Origin: Geosiphon pyriformis uo1
Taxonomy: Eukaryota; Fungi; Glomeromycota
Direction of reading: 5' to 3'
NCBI GenBank assembly: GCA_016748015.1
Contig: JAAOMT010000175.1
Coordinates: 575,498 to 639,497, forward strand
DNA length: 64,000 bases
Of this stretch, positions 48,561 to 61,749 are shown piece after piece. Position 1 is the first letter of the stretch. Each line of letters begins with the position of its first letter. Both the position numbers and the translations under genes were made by a program. Below the pieces are notes generated by a model. That model searched no databases and was not told where the DNA came from. It saw only the letters and a program-made list of their open reading frames with translations.

Positions 48561-51500
48561 ATAAAAATAAGAATAGTAATTAAAAACAATTACAAAAAAA
48601 GATAATAATACTAATGATTAATTAATATACTAATCATATCAAAGGAATATTTTATTTATTAATAAATTAGTTTTTGTCTGATTTTTTATTTATATTTATT
48701 ATTAGTTTATTTAAACTTGACATGAATAAGAAAATATACTTATATATTTTTTGCTAATTTTTCGGTTAAAATTTATAAAAACTAAAAAAGAAAATCTTTA
48801 ATAAAACAATAATTTAGTATATTTTATATATTGTTTATAAATATTTATGTAATGTTTTTGAAATCTGATTTTTAATTGTTTATAATAAGTTAATTAAATT
48901 AATTAAAAAAACCCAAGTTAACGAATGAAAATTATGTTATCCATTAATAAAAACATTTAAACAAATAATAACTTTATAATTTGAGTTTTAAAAACATAAA
49001 AAAAATTTTTATTTATTTATTTTACTATATTAAATGTTTTATAAAAACAAGTCAAATAAAATTAATTTATATTAATGAGAATTAGACTTTAATATATATT
49101 AAAAACAGGATTTTTCTTAATAATATTTTGTTTTTAATGATCGTATAGTTGAAATAAAAACTTTTTTAATATCCAGAATTTTATCTTTTGTATAAGTTAA
49201 TTTTAATATAAATTTAAACAGATTTAAGTATCTAAGAGATTAAAAATTAAAAAGAATAAATATCAATTTTTGTAAAGATTTCACACATAGTTTGTTATAA
49301 TAAATTTTATTTTTAATCATAATAATGCAAAAATAAATTCTGTTTATAATGTAAATAAATCTGCTGCATGAAATTGTCTCCAAAAAACATTAAATTGATG
49401 TTACAAAAACAATCTTTGAATAAGTTTAACAAAAAAATATATGTTTTATATTTAAACCTTTAATTCATTTTAAATTGTCACATTTGAAAAATAAATAAGG
49501 TTTGATTATTTGCAGTGGTTTTGTCATTGCTCAATTTAGAGGTATTGTTTCTTTGTTCAAAGTTTCTAAGTTGCTCCATATAGGTTTTGCTTGTGATGTT
49601 GCTGTTTGGAAATAACTTTGGTTGATATGTCACGTGCCGGTAGTGGTGGCCAATCACATGTTGAAAACGCATGAGCCACACTTATTTTAAAGCTCGTCAC
49701 GCGAAAATAAAATTTGAAAAAAATATATTTTATTTTTAAGATTAATAAATCTTATAATTTCAAAATTAAAATAAATAAAAAAAATTATTATTAATCCATG
49801 GCCAAAAATATTGTATTTAAAATCAATTTAAGCGTATAGCAGACAAAAACGTTAAGTACAAAATTTTAAACATGGTTTAAAATTTTATTTTTAACAATAA
49901 TAATTTTAAAATATCGAGAATTGATTGTTCTTAAAGTTTATTATATACATCCATAACTTTTTTTACTTAGAAAATTTTAAGCAATTAATAAAAACATTAT
50001 TTATTTTTTAATAATAATAATTAGTATTCTGTATAAAATTTTATTAATTAATAATTTATATAATGTTAAATTAAATTATTGTATAAAGAATTAGTATGAT
50101 GTATATTATTAATTTTTTTTATTTTTTACAATATTATATTAATTTCATTTATTTATTTTTATTTGTTAAAAATTTATATTTTTAATTTTTATTAAATGTT
50201 TTTTCAAATTTAAGACATTTTAAGAATTTTGTTTATTGTCAATTGAATAAGAACATGATTTTTTCATGATAGATTTAAAATATATAACCAACACAAATAA
50301 AAATAATATTATGATGAGCTTTTTTTTATCTTTTTTTATCTATATAATTAATAATATAGATGTTTACAAATGGCAAAATAATAAACGTAAACAGTTGGAA
50401 AGTTAGTATAACATGTTTTTTAAAGCATAAAATAGAAAACCTTTCTTTTTGTTTTATAATTAAATTTAACTAAATTATACTTATTCTTTTTTTTTCTAAC
50501 TATAATTATTAAAAATTCAAATTTAATGAAAAGATTTTAAGCAGATACCATACAAAAATAATTTTGATGTATTGTAATACTTTGAAAAACATATTAATAA
50601 TTATTTAAAAAAATAGACAAAAGTTTTAAATAATATATATTAAGTATTATATATTATTATCTTTTAAGAGTCTAATACTGAAAAGTTTAGACTTTTTTAT
50701 CAGCTTGCTCAAAACTATTTTGTTTTATACCTATGCTTTTACGAAAATTATAGCTCAAAATTTCCATTCAGAACAGATTATATTTAAGATTTGTTTAGTT
50801 ATTAACATAAAAATATAATATTTAATATACTAGTATTTTTTTTTAGTTGCTTAATAAAAAAACCATTGAAAATTTTAATTAATTATCAAACAGATTTAAA
50901 AACAATATTACGAAAAGTACTTTCTACTTAAAAGATAAAATAAATAATTTAAATCAATAAAATTTAAAAGTAATAGAATAATTTACATAGAAAAATTACA
51001 TATTAATTATTAAAATAAATTTTTTTTGTTATTTAATTTTAAAACTATGTTTGATTTATTTAAAAAACCAAACTTAAATCCAAATAAACTATTAAAATTA
51101 TATATTAAAATAATTTTTGTAAAGTATAACTTTGAACAATAATGTTAATATTTTAAAATTAAGAGAACAAAAACTTTTAAACAGATATAATACTATGTAT
51201 TATTGACTTAAAAACTTAATTTTTGCTGCTTTTATTGTTTTGTCTTTTTATATCTTTTTTAATATTATAATTAAGTCTTAAATTACTTTAAAACTAATTT
51301 TTACTATCATAAAAATATGTATTCATATTTTAAAAAATTGGTATTAATTATTTATATTCTATTTATTTAAACTAATATTTGTTAAGACTATAATATTATT
51401 TATATAAAATCACAAAATATTAAGAAAACTACTTTGTTTTTTATTATATATATTTATATAGATTTTATAAAAAATTAATTGTCTATCTTCTTTTAATAAT

Positions 51501-52799
51501 CAAACTAAAAAATTATTTAAAAGAGTTTGTTTTATAGTAATTAATCAAAGTAAAAAAGTTTTTAATATTATTTTTTAGATAAAAAACTATAATAATAATA
51601 TTTGAAATTTTTTTGATAAGTTAGTTAATAGTTTATTTATGTTTGCATATTTTATTTTGTTTAATTACACTTTAAATCAGACATAATTAAAGAGTTTATT
51701 TATTTTCTTTAAAGTTATTATATATAAATATAATCAAATAAAAGCTAATTTAATATTTTTAGTTTTGTTAAATTAAGATAAATTTTTGTTTTATATTACT
51801 TAATTTAATATTTTATTTTTTAATTTTAATTAAAATTAGAATAAGTTTTATATTAAAAATTGCCTTGTATTAACCATATATAAATTTTTTTAAAAAATAT
51901 TTTTAAAAACAGAATTACAAAAAAAACTTAATTTTTACTTATATTATATTTTTAATTAAATATTCTAATATTAATATTGTAATTGTTTTATATTAACTGT
52001 TTGAAAAAAAACACAACTTGAAATATATAAAAAATAATATTATTTATATGTATTTAGATTAAATAAATCTGTATATTATTGTTATTGTATTAAAATAATA
52101 TTTGTGTATATATCTTAATCTAATAAAATAAATAATACATAAAAATAAGTTATTATTATATTTAATAATGCTATTTGTGTATTAAAAAATAAATTTAAAG
52201 CCAAAAAAAGTTTTTTAAATAAAAATTTAATTTTCTAAATTTGTTAAATAAAATATATATATATAGAATTTAAAATTTACTTTTTAACATAGATAATATA
52301 AATTTTATTGAAGTATTTTAATGTAACAAAATAAAAATAATTATTTTTATTTTTGTAAATTATTGAATATATTAAAAAAAGAGCTTTTTTTCTAAATTTA
52401 TTTAAATATAATTTAAGAATTTATTTTAATTTTAATTTTATTTCTGAAAATTTTTTTAATTCTGTTTTTTTTTCAAATTTTAAGAATTCAAGTTATTGAA
52501 AATAATAATATAATTTAGTTTTTTTTAAAAATATTTTAAAAATAAAAACATTTTATTATTATTGCTTTAATAAAATAAAATATTTTTACTACTTATATAT
52601 ATATATTATATATGTTGTATAATAGTTGTAAATTATGCCTTTTTTACATATAATCAATTATTTAGACTTATATTTAAACTAAATTAAATTAAAAAAGATA
52701 AAAGTTAATCTAATTTATTAAGTCTATTAAAAAACTATTCAAATTTTAAATATCAAAAATAAACTTATTTAAAAACAGTTTAGTTTTTTTATATTATTT

Positions 52800-54100
52800 T
52801 TAATATTAAAATAACCTATTTATTATAATATTAACAAATATTTATTAGTTAAATCACTTAAAAAAGATTTTAAAACAGCATTTATTTTATTATTATTTAT
52901 TTGATTAAAATTTACTTTAGTCTTAAGATTAATAAAATTCTTAGACAAATTAGCCAAAATATAAATAAAATATTTAATAACACAATTTATTATTACCAGA
53001 TTAGCTTCTACTTTGAATTTTTTATACATATTTATAATTAAAAATAATTTAAATAAAACAACCAAAAAACCAATTAGTTTAACAACAAATTTTATTAATA
53101 CAGTTAAATCTAAGATATAAAATTTTAAAAAATTTAACTTAGACTTGGTTTTAGCATTAAAAACTATAGAAAAAAATGTAATTACTTTAAAAATAACTTG
53201 TAATATATAACAAAAAACCAATAATATATTTAATAACAACTTTTTTTTAATTAAAACTTAATAGAATTTTTATTAAAATTAAAAAAACAACTATATAATT
53301 AAAAGCCAAGCCATTAAAAGCTTGATATTTGTAATAATAATAATACTTTAAAATTTCTTACCAAATACAATATTCGTATAAAATACTAGTTTTTAAAACA
53401 AAAATATTTACAATCTTTAAAATTTAAAAATTAGATTAGCAAATTATTAATAACAACAAGATTTAGAAAATTGAAAAATAAAACAGATTTAATTACTAAT
53501 TTGAGAAATTATATTCCTAATTTTAAAAATTATACAGCCAAAAAAATTGATCAATTTGGTTTTAAAATATTTCTTGAAATAAAAACGTTTTTTTATTAAT
53601 TAAAAGAAAAATTTTAATATTCTTTTTATTAATACAAATAAGCAAACAAAAATAATATTAGCAAAAGATAAGTTTTTAAAACAAATAACAACATATTACT
53701 ATATTTTAATTTAACAGAAATAATTTAATGAAAACTACTTAGAACAAATTTAATATTATTAAAAAAGATACCAAAAAGAACATTATATAATACAATAACA
53801 AAAAAGCAACAAATACTACAAAAAAAACTTTGTAATCTTAAAAGTAGTTAAAACAACCAAATTATTAAAGACAATTTTAATAGCAATACTTAAAAGTAAA
53901 CTTTATATAAAACAGTTTTATATTATTCTTAAATACCAATTTTATATTAATAAAAACATATATAAATTAAAAGACAGTCTTAATAAAAGCTAATTTAATC
54001 TTGAATATAGTATCAAATATTAAAATAAAAGTTAACTACTTAGCAAATTTTTAATAATTAAAAATGGTTTTTTAAACACTACTAAAAGTAACACTATTTT
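52800..54100 (-). mobile_element. Decayed LINE ORF1-like remnant
   Basis: Fragments KTKLINFFGCIIFKIRNIISQISN*ICFI and LDLTVLIKFVVKLIGFLVVL resemble, from memory, RRM/coiled-coil ORF1 of glomeromycotan LINEs after transition reversal; same strand as the ORF2 remnant. Confidence 0.4.
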
Positions 54101-55799
54101 TCTGTATTTTGTTTAAAAAGTAAAGTGAATAAGATTTTATTTAGGCTAAAAGTTTAAAATATAAATTTTTACATTTTTAATAGGTTTATGTGGGGTTTTT
54201 TAATACATTTTCATTCTAAGAAATGAAAATAAATAAAAAGTTTAAATCTGTTCATTCTTAAAGAATATTCAGATTCATTGAAAAATTTTGGATCTAAAAT
54301 TTTTCTTTTTAAGTAATAAAAACAATTTTAAATTTCTTTTTTTAGTAAGAAAGCTTCGCGTCTTTAATATTATTAATGAAATTCATAATTTGTAGCACAT
54401 ATAATTATTAAAATCTGCGAATACATCAAAGCTTTTAAATAGATTTGTACTCGATACGTAGATTAATTTTTAAAAAAAGTTAATCGAAATATTAGCTTTG
54501 ATTTCAACATTTTGAAAATGCTTTTTCATAAAATTAAATAGAAACAAAATTAATTAATATCAAATTTTAGTTATCATAAGATTTAATTAACTACATATTA
54601 AATTTAAAATAAATAAATATTTATTATATTTAGTTACACCTGCAAAATTTAAAAATATATTAAAAGTTTTTAACAAATAAACTATTTTTAATTGTATGTG
54701 GTTGTTAATTTTTAGACATATAAAAATATTTAAAAACTAAAAATTAAATTAAATAAAAACAATATAAAAAAATGGATTGTTACAAAATAAAGATTTATTA
54801 TATTAATTTCATAAATTTCACTTAAAAAATAAAAATAAAACCTCAATAAATTACAATCAGTATAATTTTTAATTATTGTATTTATAATTTTAACTTGGTC
54901 ATTAAAATAAAGGTTTTCTTCTTTTTGAGTGCAATTTGCAATAAATGATAAAACTGATTGTTTTAATTAAACAATCTCCAGGTTTTGAGAACTTTTATCA
55001 TTTAAATTGGATGAAAATATTTAATTTTTTAAAATGCGAACTGAAAATCTTGAGGAAACAAAAAAAATATAATATTTAAAATATAGTTTGATTGCTTTTT
55101 TTTGAATATCTGGAATTTTAATTTCGATTAAAAAAGCTTTTCGATTTTGAAATAAAATAAGAAGGAAGTAAAATTAGACATTTCGAATTTATTAGAAAAC
55201 AACTCCATCTTAAAAAATATATTTTAGAAGAAACTATTTATTAAAGAGTTAGTGTTTCAAAATTGAGTTATATTTTTATTTAATGCCTTCACGCTTTCAA
55301 AGTTTTTTTATTGAATATTTATTTTTTTATTTCATTGCCAGTAAAAAACTGAAACACCATCTAAAAATTATAATTATAATTAGTGGGTAAAAGCAAGTAT
55401 GCATTTAAAAGTTATATCTCTAATGCCACTAAAATTCATTTTATAGTTTTAGCCTGTGACAAAACAACTTATAAAATAAAAGGGAGTATTATGGGATCGT
55501 GGTGAAGCCAATAATTTTTGATGAATTATCATAAAAGAGTATAAAATGCTATTTATTTGAAGAAATGACATATTTTCACATGTCTTATTTGTGCACACGA
55601 GTTTATTTTGCCAATTTTCCCACAAAACTCTATTTGCCATTAAACCTCCTTTTACCTTAAGTTCTAAAGTTTTTTTGATGTTTAAATCGATAAAATGTCA
55701 TTCCTTTAAATTTGTAAATAGTAGGCTATAGAATATTTTGCCAGTGAAAATATCTAAGATAGGGAGTATAGCTTTCAGAAATCTATAATTAAGTTAAAT

Positions 55800-57030
55800 T
55801 TATCTTTTTATGATTTGAAAAACTTCATACTCGTCAACAAAGAAATTCATTGCTTGTTTTCTGACCCAGGCAAAAAGAGGCTCCATAATTTAGTCTACCA
55901 TAAAGTCCATATTTGCCAACGAATTTGCTAAGATTAGCATTTTCAACATTGTCGTCTCCAAGGGGAAAGATAAAACTTTCTTTTCCATTTAAATATTGAT
56001 GGTGAGAATGCCAAGATTGTGGGGTATAGCTGCTTATTAGCTGAACAGTTCCTTTTACTTTGATCACAATGACTGTCGCTTCTTTATTGTCACATAATCG
56101 ATGAAAATCGGCTGGAGTGACTGCCTTGGAATAACAATTTAAAATTATTTCTACATTGATTTTCAAAAGGAGAATTTTGTCTTTGCCTTGAACCCAATAA
56201 TCAAACTGTTTTATATTGTGCCATTGAAGAAGCAAGAACAACGCAATGGCTGAGCGTCTACAGACTTTTGATGACTACCTGGTACGGGATAATGATGTAA
56301 AAGATCTTCAAATAAAGTTCCAGGTAAGATTCTCGCAAATGGTTTTACTTTGTGATAGAAGTCAACTGAAGATATGTTAAAGAAGCGAATTAAAGGTAAA
56401 AGTCTTTCAATAGATTCCTTAAAAGCGTTAAAGTTTTCATCTGTCCAGTAAAGAACGTTCTTCATCTGAATATTGTTATCCAATTTAGCAACTCCCCATT
56501 CCACAATTTTTTCCCAGATTTCAGATTCATTTATATTTAGGTCATTTCGAGTTAAAATTGAGGAAAGAACGTTTTCACTGAGGGAGGTGAAATCTTGGGA
56601 ATTGAAGACTATAGCCGGATTGTTAGCAGCTATTTCGGTGCAGAATTCTTGTAACTTTTTGAAAGAATCATGCATAAATAAGATGTTCTGCAAAGTGATG
56701 AAATTTTTTTCTAGCTCTTTTGCATAGTGTTGAATCAAATAATCTTCAAGGAGATCAATAAGATTCTCTAGAATAAGTTCGTTAGCGGTTACAAGCAATT
56801 TTAACATGGTAAGAACTCCATGTTTATTAAGAGAGATCTTGCCGTTATAAATATATCTGTACAAAAAAATAAAAGATATGAATTGATATTGGTCAAAATA
56901 CTTTGAAGCAAACAAAAATCCTTATCTGAGAATTATTTCAAAAATTTTAGGTGAAATATTAGGTTTAGTAAAGATAATAGCATTGTTTTCCTTTTCAACC
57001 GAGTGCTATGGCAAAATATGGTGATCTGGC
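55800..57030 (-). pseudogene. BTB-BACK-TLDc pseudogene (5'-truncated, frameshifted)
   Basis: RSPYFA..KPNISPKIFEIILR|YIYNG..., BACK region (ESEIWEKIVEWG, LIRF), TLDc (FHRLCDNK.AT..VIKVK, ESFIF, EYEVFQI); frameshift near 56230 and deletions. Confidence 0.85.
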
Positions 57031-59377
57031 TATGGATAAAACGTGAAAGTATTGTTGAAGTGACAAAATAAATTTATTTTAAAAAAGTTCTGGTTTTTTA
57101 ATTTAAAAGTAACTTATTTTTTTGAATTTTTTGCTGATAAAATATATAAATTATTGTTGTTGATTATAAAAGGTTTTTCTTAATAACTAAATGATTTATT
57201 ACCCAAAATAGTATTTTAATTAAATTATTAATACTTAAGAAAATGGTTTATAAATCTTCTTTCTTTAAGTTTTTTTTTGAAACTGTCTTATCTTTTATAA
57301 GCAATTATTTATATTTTCATTAAAAATTAAAGTAATTATTGCAAAATGTTTTTGTAGTTATATCTGTTATTTTTTAAAAAAAATTAGCTTAATATTAGTT
57401 TTATTAGTAATATTTTTATGTATTTATAAAAATTTATAATAAATAATTAAAGTTAACTATTTAGTAAGGAAAATGAAACTTTGTTTTACAATTATGTTTT
57501 TGTACTGGCTTTATTAAAGTTATACAAAATATTTTATTGAAATAATTTATTGGTTTAATGTTTAGAAGATAATGAAAAAAGAAAAATAAAGTTAACTAAA
57601 TTTACTTCTTTTATAAATTATGTTATCTATGTCTTTGTTTTTATCAAACTATGTTTAAATGAGTTTAATAATAAAAGTACAAAGATACAGTATTTTGACA
57701 TAAATTAAAAGAATTTTTTTCTTTTTTATTTAAGTTTTGCAAAAAATAATTCTTTTTATAATTTTTATAAAGCAAAGATATAATTGCTCTCTTATTAACT
57801 ATTGTTCATAACGAATTTTTTAGCTATTAAAAAACTCATGCTTAATGATTTATTTGGTTATCTATTTTAGCTAATAAAGATTTTAAACTACGAACTGAAT
57901 ATAATTTACAAACAAATAATCTTATTAATAACATAATTGTAAAAAACTAAAGAAAATATTTTATAGAGTAATATTTGTTTTAATTTATTATTGAATTTTT
58001 GGGTAGGCTTTTTGAAAAACCAAGATTCAAAATAAATCTAATAATAATTAAAAAATATTATTATTAAAAACACTTTATAACCAAATTAGAAAGAAACAAT
58101 ATTTTAGGTAATCCTGTTATAATCAAAATATTGGGTCTTTTTATATATATCAAAAATATTTCAAATGCTATCTTTAAATATTATAGTACATTTAATTTTT
58201 ATTTTATTAATTAGCTAAATTGGATTGAATAAGATTTATTAATATATTGAAAGCATATTGGTTAAATTATTAAAGAAAATATATATTTTCTAAAATGTAA
58301 ATATACCAAAAAGTTGTTTTACATTAATATCAACTTTTAAATTATGGCATAAAAATTTTCATTATGATAAAATATTTTTAAATATTTTGAATAAATCATA
58401 ATAAAACAATGTATTAAATACCATAATTAAAAATTTAATGAAAGACTTTCATATGATTTTTATTAATGAAAATAAAAAGATTTAAATTGCCCATTATTTA
58501 ATTAAAAATACTAATATAATTATCAATTATTTTAATTATTTATTATCAATATTGCCAATTAATTTTTAATTATTTTAGTAAAAGTTAGTAATATCATAAT
58601 TTTTTTTCATATCTCAGAATATAATATATAAAGAAATATTTTGTTTTAGCCATAAAAATGGAAAATTTCTTTTTTTCAAGTGTAATATTAAAATAAAATA
58701 TAAAATTGATTGTTTTAATTAAACATATTTTAAATACCCTCCGATTTTGAGAACTCATTACTTAATTTCTATTAAATTTTTTTTAAAATGCAACTCAAAA
58801 TTTTGTAAAAACATAGCAAAAAGTACTCTCAGTTGTGCTTTTTGAATTGAAATTGAAATTCCTTTACCCAAAAAACAAGAAGAAAGTTTTCCATTCTAAA
58901 TAAATAAGAAAAAGGAAGTACAATTACCTCTATTTTAAAAAATAATATTTAGAAGAAATCTATTTACTTAAAAAGTTGGGGTCTTAAAGGTGAGATTATA
59001 TTTTGAAACTTTTTTTCTTTTCAAATCTTTCAGATTTACTTATCGGCATATTTATTGATGCCCTGTAAAAAACTATAACACCATCTAAAACTTATAACTT
59101 TAATTCGCGGGAAAAAGCAACTATGTATTTAAAAGTTATATTTCTAAAGCTATTCAGCTAAAAGCGTTTTATGGTTCTATTCTGTGATAAAAACCTAAAA
59201 TTCAGAGATCTCTTTATTAAAACGACTTTGAAGTTCTAAAGTATTTTGATATTAAAATAAATCAAATGATATTCTTTTAACTTTATTGTGAAGCTCAAAA
59301 TAGTAGCTATTAGCATATTCTGTCAATGAAAATTTCTTAGATAAGAAGATATATAATCAAATTAAATAAAAGCAAAT

Positions 59378-60874
59378 TTATTTTTTTATAATTTGAAAAA
59401 CTTCATATTCCTCCAAAGAAAATAATATCATGTTATTTTCTGATCCAGACATTATTGCATGCTCATAATCTGTTGTATTTTTACAATAGCAGCCTAAACC
59501 ACTTTTAAAGTCATCGCCAAACAAATGAATATTACTAGTTCCAAAAGAGGATCCATAATTTGATGCACCATAAGATCCATATGTGCCAACAAACTTGCTA
59601 AGTTTATCATTTCCAACTTTGCCATCTTTAAGAGAAAAAATAAAACTTTCTTTTCCCTCTAAAAATTTATTCCTAGAATGCCACAATTGTGGATTATAGC
59701 CACCAATTAGCTGACCAGTTTCTTTTACTTTGAATACACTTATTGTTGCTCCTTTATTATCACATAATTGATGAAAATCGGCTGGAGTGAATCCATCTCG
59801 ACTGCCTCGAAATAACAATTTAAAATCATTTTCACGTTGATCTTCAAAAGGAGTATTTTCTTCTTTCCCTTGAATCCAATGATCAAGCTGTTTTATATTA
59901 TGCGGTTGAAAAAGCACTGAATTAAGATTTGATCATAATGGCTGAGTGTCTACAGATTTTTGATGACTACCCGGTACGAGATAATGATGTAAAAGGTTTT
60001 CATATAAAGTTCCAGGTAAAATTCTCGCAAATGGTTTTACTTTGTGATAGAAGTCAACTGAAGATATGTGAAAGAACCGGATTAAAGGTAAAAGTCTTTC
60101 AATTGATTCCTTAAAAGCATTAAGGTTGTTATCTGCCCAGTCAAAAACTTTTTCTACCTGAGTATTTTTATCTAATTTAGCAACTCCTTATTCTACAATT
60201 TTTTCCCATAGTTCAGATTCTTCCATATTTAGGTCATCCCGGCTTAAAATTGAGAAAAGTGCATTTTCATTAAGGAATGTGAAATCTTGCGAGTTGAAAA
60301 CTATAGCTGGAATGTTAGCAGCTATTTTGGTGCAGAATTTTTTTAACTTTTTGAAAGAATCATGCATAAATGAAGTTTTCTGCAAAGTAGCAAAATTTTC
60401 TTCAAGATTTTTTTCATGGTGTTCAATCAAATAGTCTTCAAGGGGTTCAATAAAGTTTTCTAGAATAAGCTCGTCAGCGGTAGCAAGCAATTCTAAAATG
60501 GTAAGTACTTCATGTTTATTAAAAGAGATCTCGCCATTATAAATATATTTGTGCAGAAAAATAAAACATATAAATTTATGTTGGCAAAAATACTTTAAAG
60601 CAAATGAAAATCTTTATCTGAGAATTATCTCAAAAATTTTGGGTGAAATATTAGGTTTAGCAAAGATAATGGCATTATTTTTTCTTTTAAGCTCATTACT
60701 AGAGAGTGCTACAGCAAAATATGGAGATCTTGCTGCTAAAATTGGTGAATGAGCATGAAAAGTTCTAATATTAGACACTTCTCCAATAACAATCCTAACA
60801 TCAGAAAAATTCTGGCTATCCAGTAAATTTCCAAAATCATCAGATTAAGCCTGAAAGAATTGCTAAGGTGCCAT
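59378..60874 (-). pseudogene. BTB-BACK-TLDc pseudogene (full length, premature stops)
   Basis: ATG 60874 followed by in-frame TAG and TAA; TGG>TAA at 60188-60190; a probable CGA>TGA near 59935; intact TLDc (LLFRGSRDGF..FHQLCDNKG..IGGYNP). Confidence 0.88.
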
Positions 60875-61129
60875 TGATAAAAGGTATAAAAACTTTGAAA
60901 TATTGTTCCAAGTTTTAAATTATTATTAATTATGTGAGTAATCAAGTTAAATTTTTAGATCAACCCTATTTGATCAGAGTTTAATTGTACTTTTTCTTTG
61001 CTTTTTGATTTTATTATGTTTAATAGCAAAAAGCATGCTATTTTTTTAGCTTGTATTCTGCAAAGTTATAAAAATATTACACTTTATAATAAGTTTATAG
61101 TGCTTAATTAGTATTATACAAATAATAAA

Positions 61130-61710
61130 AACCAATTAAAAACTACAAAGTACTTTTAAAAAAATGGTTTTTTATACATGAAACAGCCTTTAGTTTTGGC
61201 TTGGATTAAAAATAAACCAAATTTTTGTGCATAAACAAATACAATACATGACTTAATTAGCAAATATATAGATATAATATGTAATTTTAACTTTGATAAA
61301 GTACTTGTTATTTTTGTTTAAGAAATAAAATTATATGAAATAATACTTACTAGAGATATAATTTGAGCTGCTGACATAAAGTTCTATAATTAATTAGATA
61401 TTTTAGAAAATAAGCACCAAAAACTATCCAATGATTGGCTTGAAAGTTTTAAAAATCATGTTAAATTGTATTTACTTTGCTTTTATAATAATATATTATC
61501 AATCAATATTGAATATATTAAAGATAAGTAAGTGTATATAATAACACTTTTTGCTAATTGAAAATTATACAATATTTTTAACATAAATGAAACTGCACTA
61601 TTTTATATTATATTACCAAATCAAGATCTTACTACAATACTATGTTATGGTACCAAACAATCAAAAGTGTAACTGATACTTAATTTATTCTTAAACCTAT
61701 AATAATACAA
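61130..61710 (+). mobile_element. Decayed pogo/Tigger-type (HTH_Tc5 + DDE_1) transposase remnant
   Basis: KLSNDWLESFKNH (SNGWL..FK.R motif) and NINETALFYIILPNQDL...GTKQSKV*L (N.DETGLF...P...K.SK.RLT motif). Confidence 0.65.
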
Positions 61711-61749
61711 TCAAATGAACAATTTTCTATTTAAAATACTTTAATTTAA

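Noticed and set aside
48380-53239. K/I/N/F-rich ORFs (48380-48583, 52823-53239) as genes
   Set aside because: Composition reflects extreme AT decay; they overlap eroded retroelement sequence.
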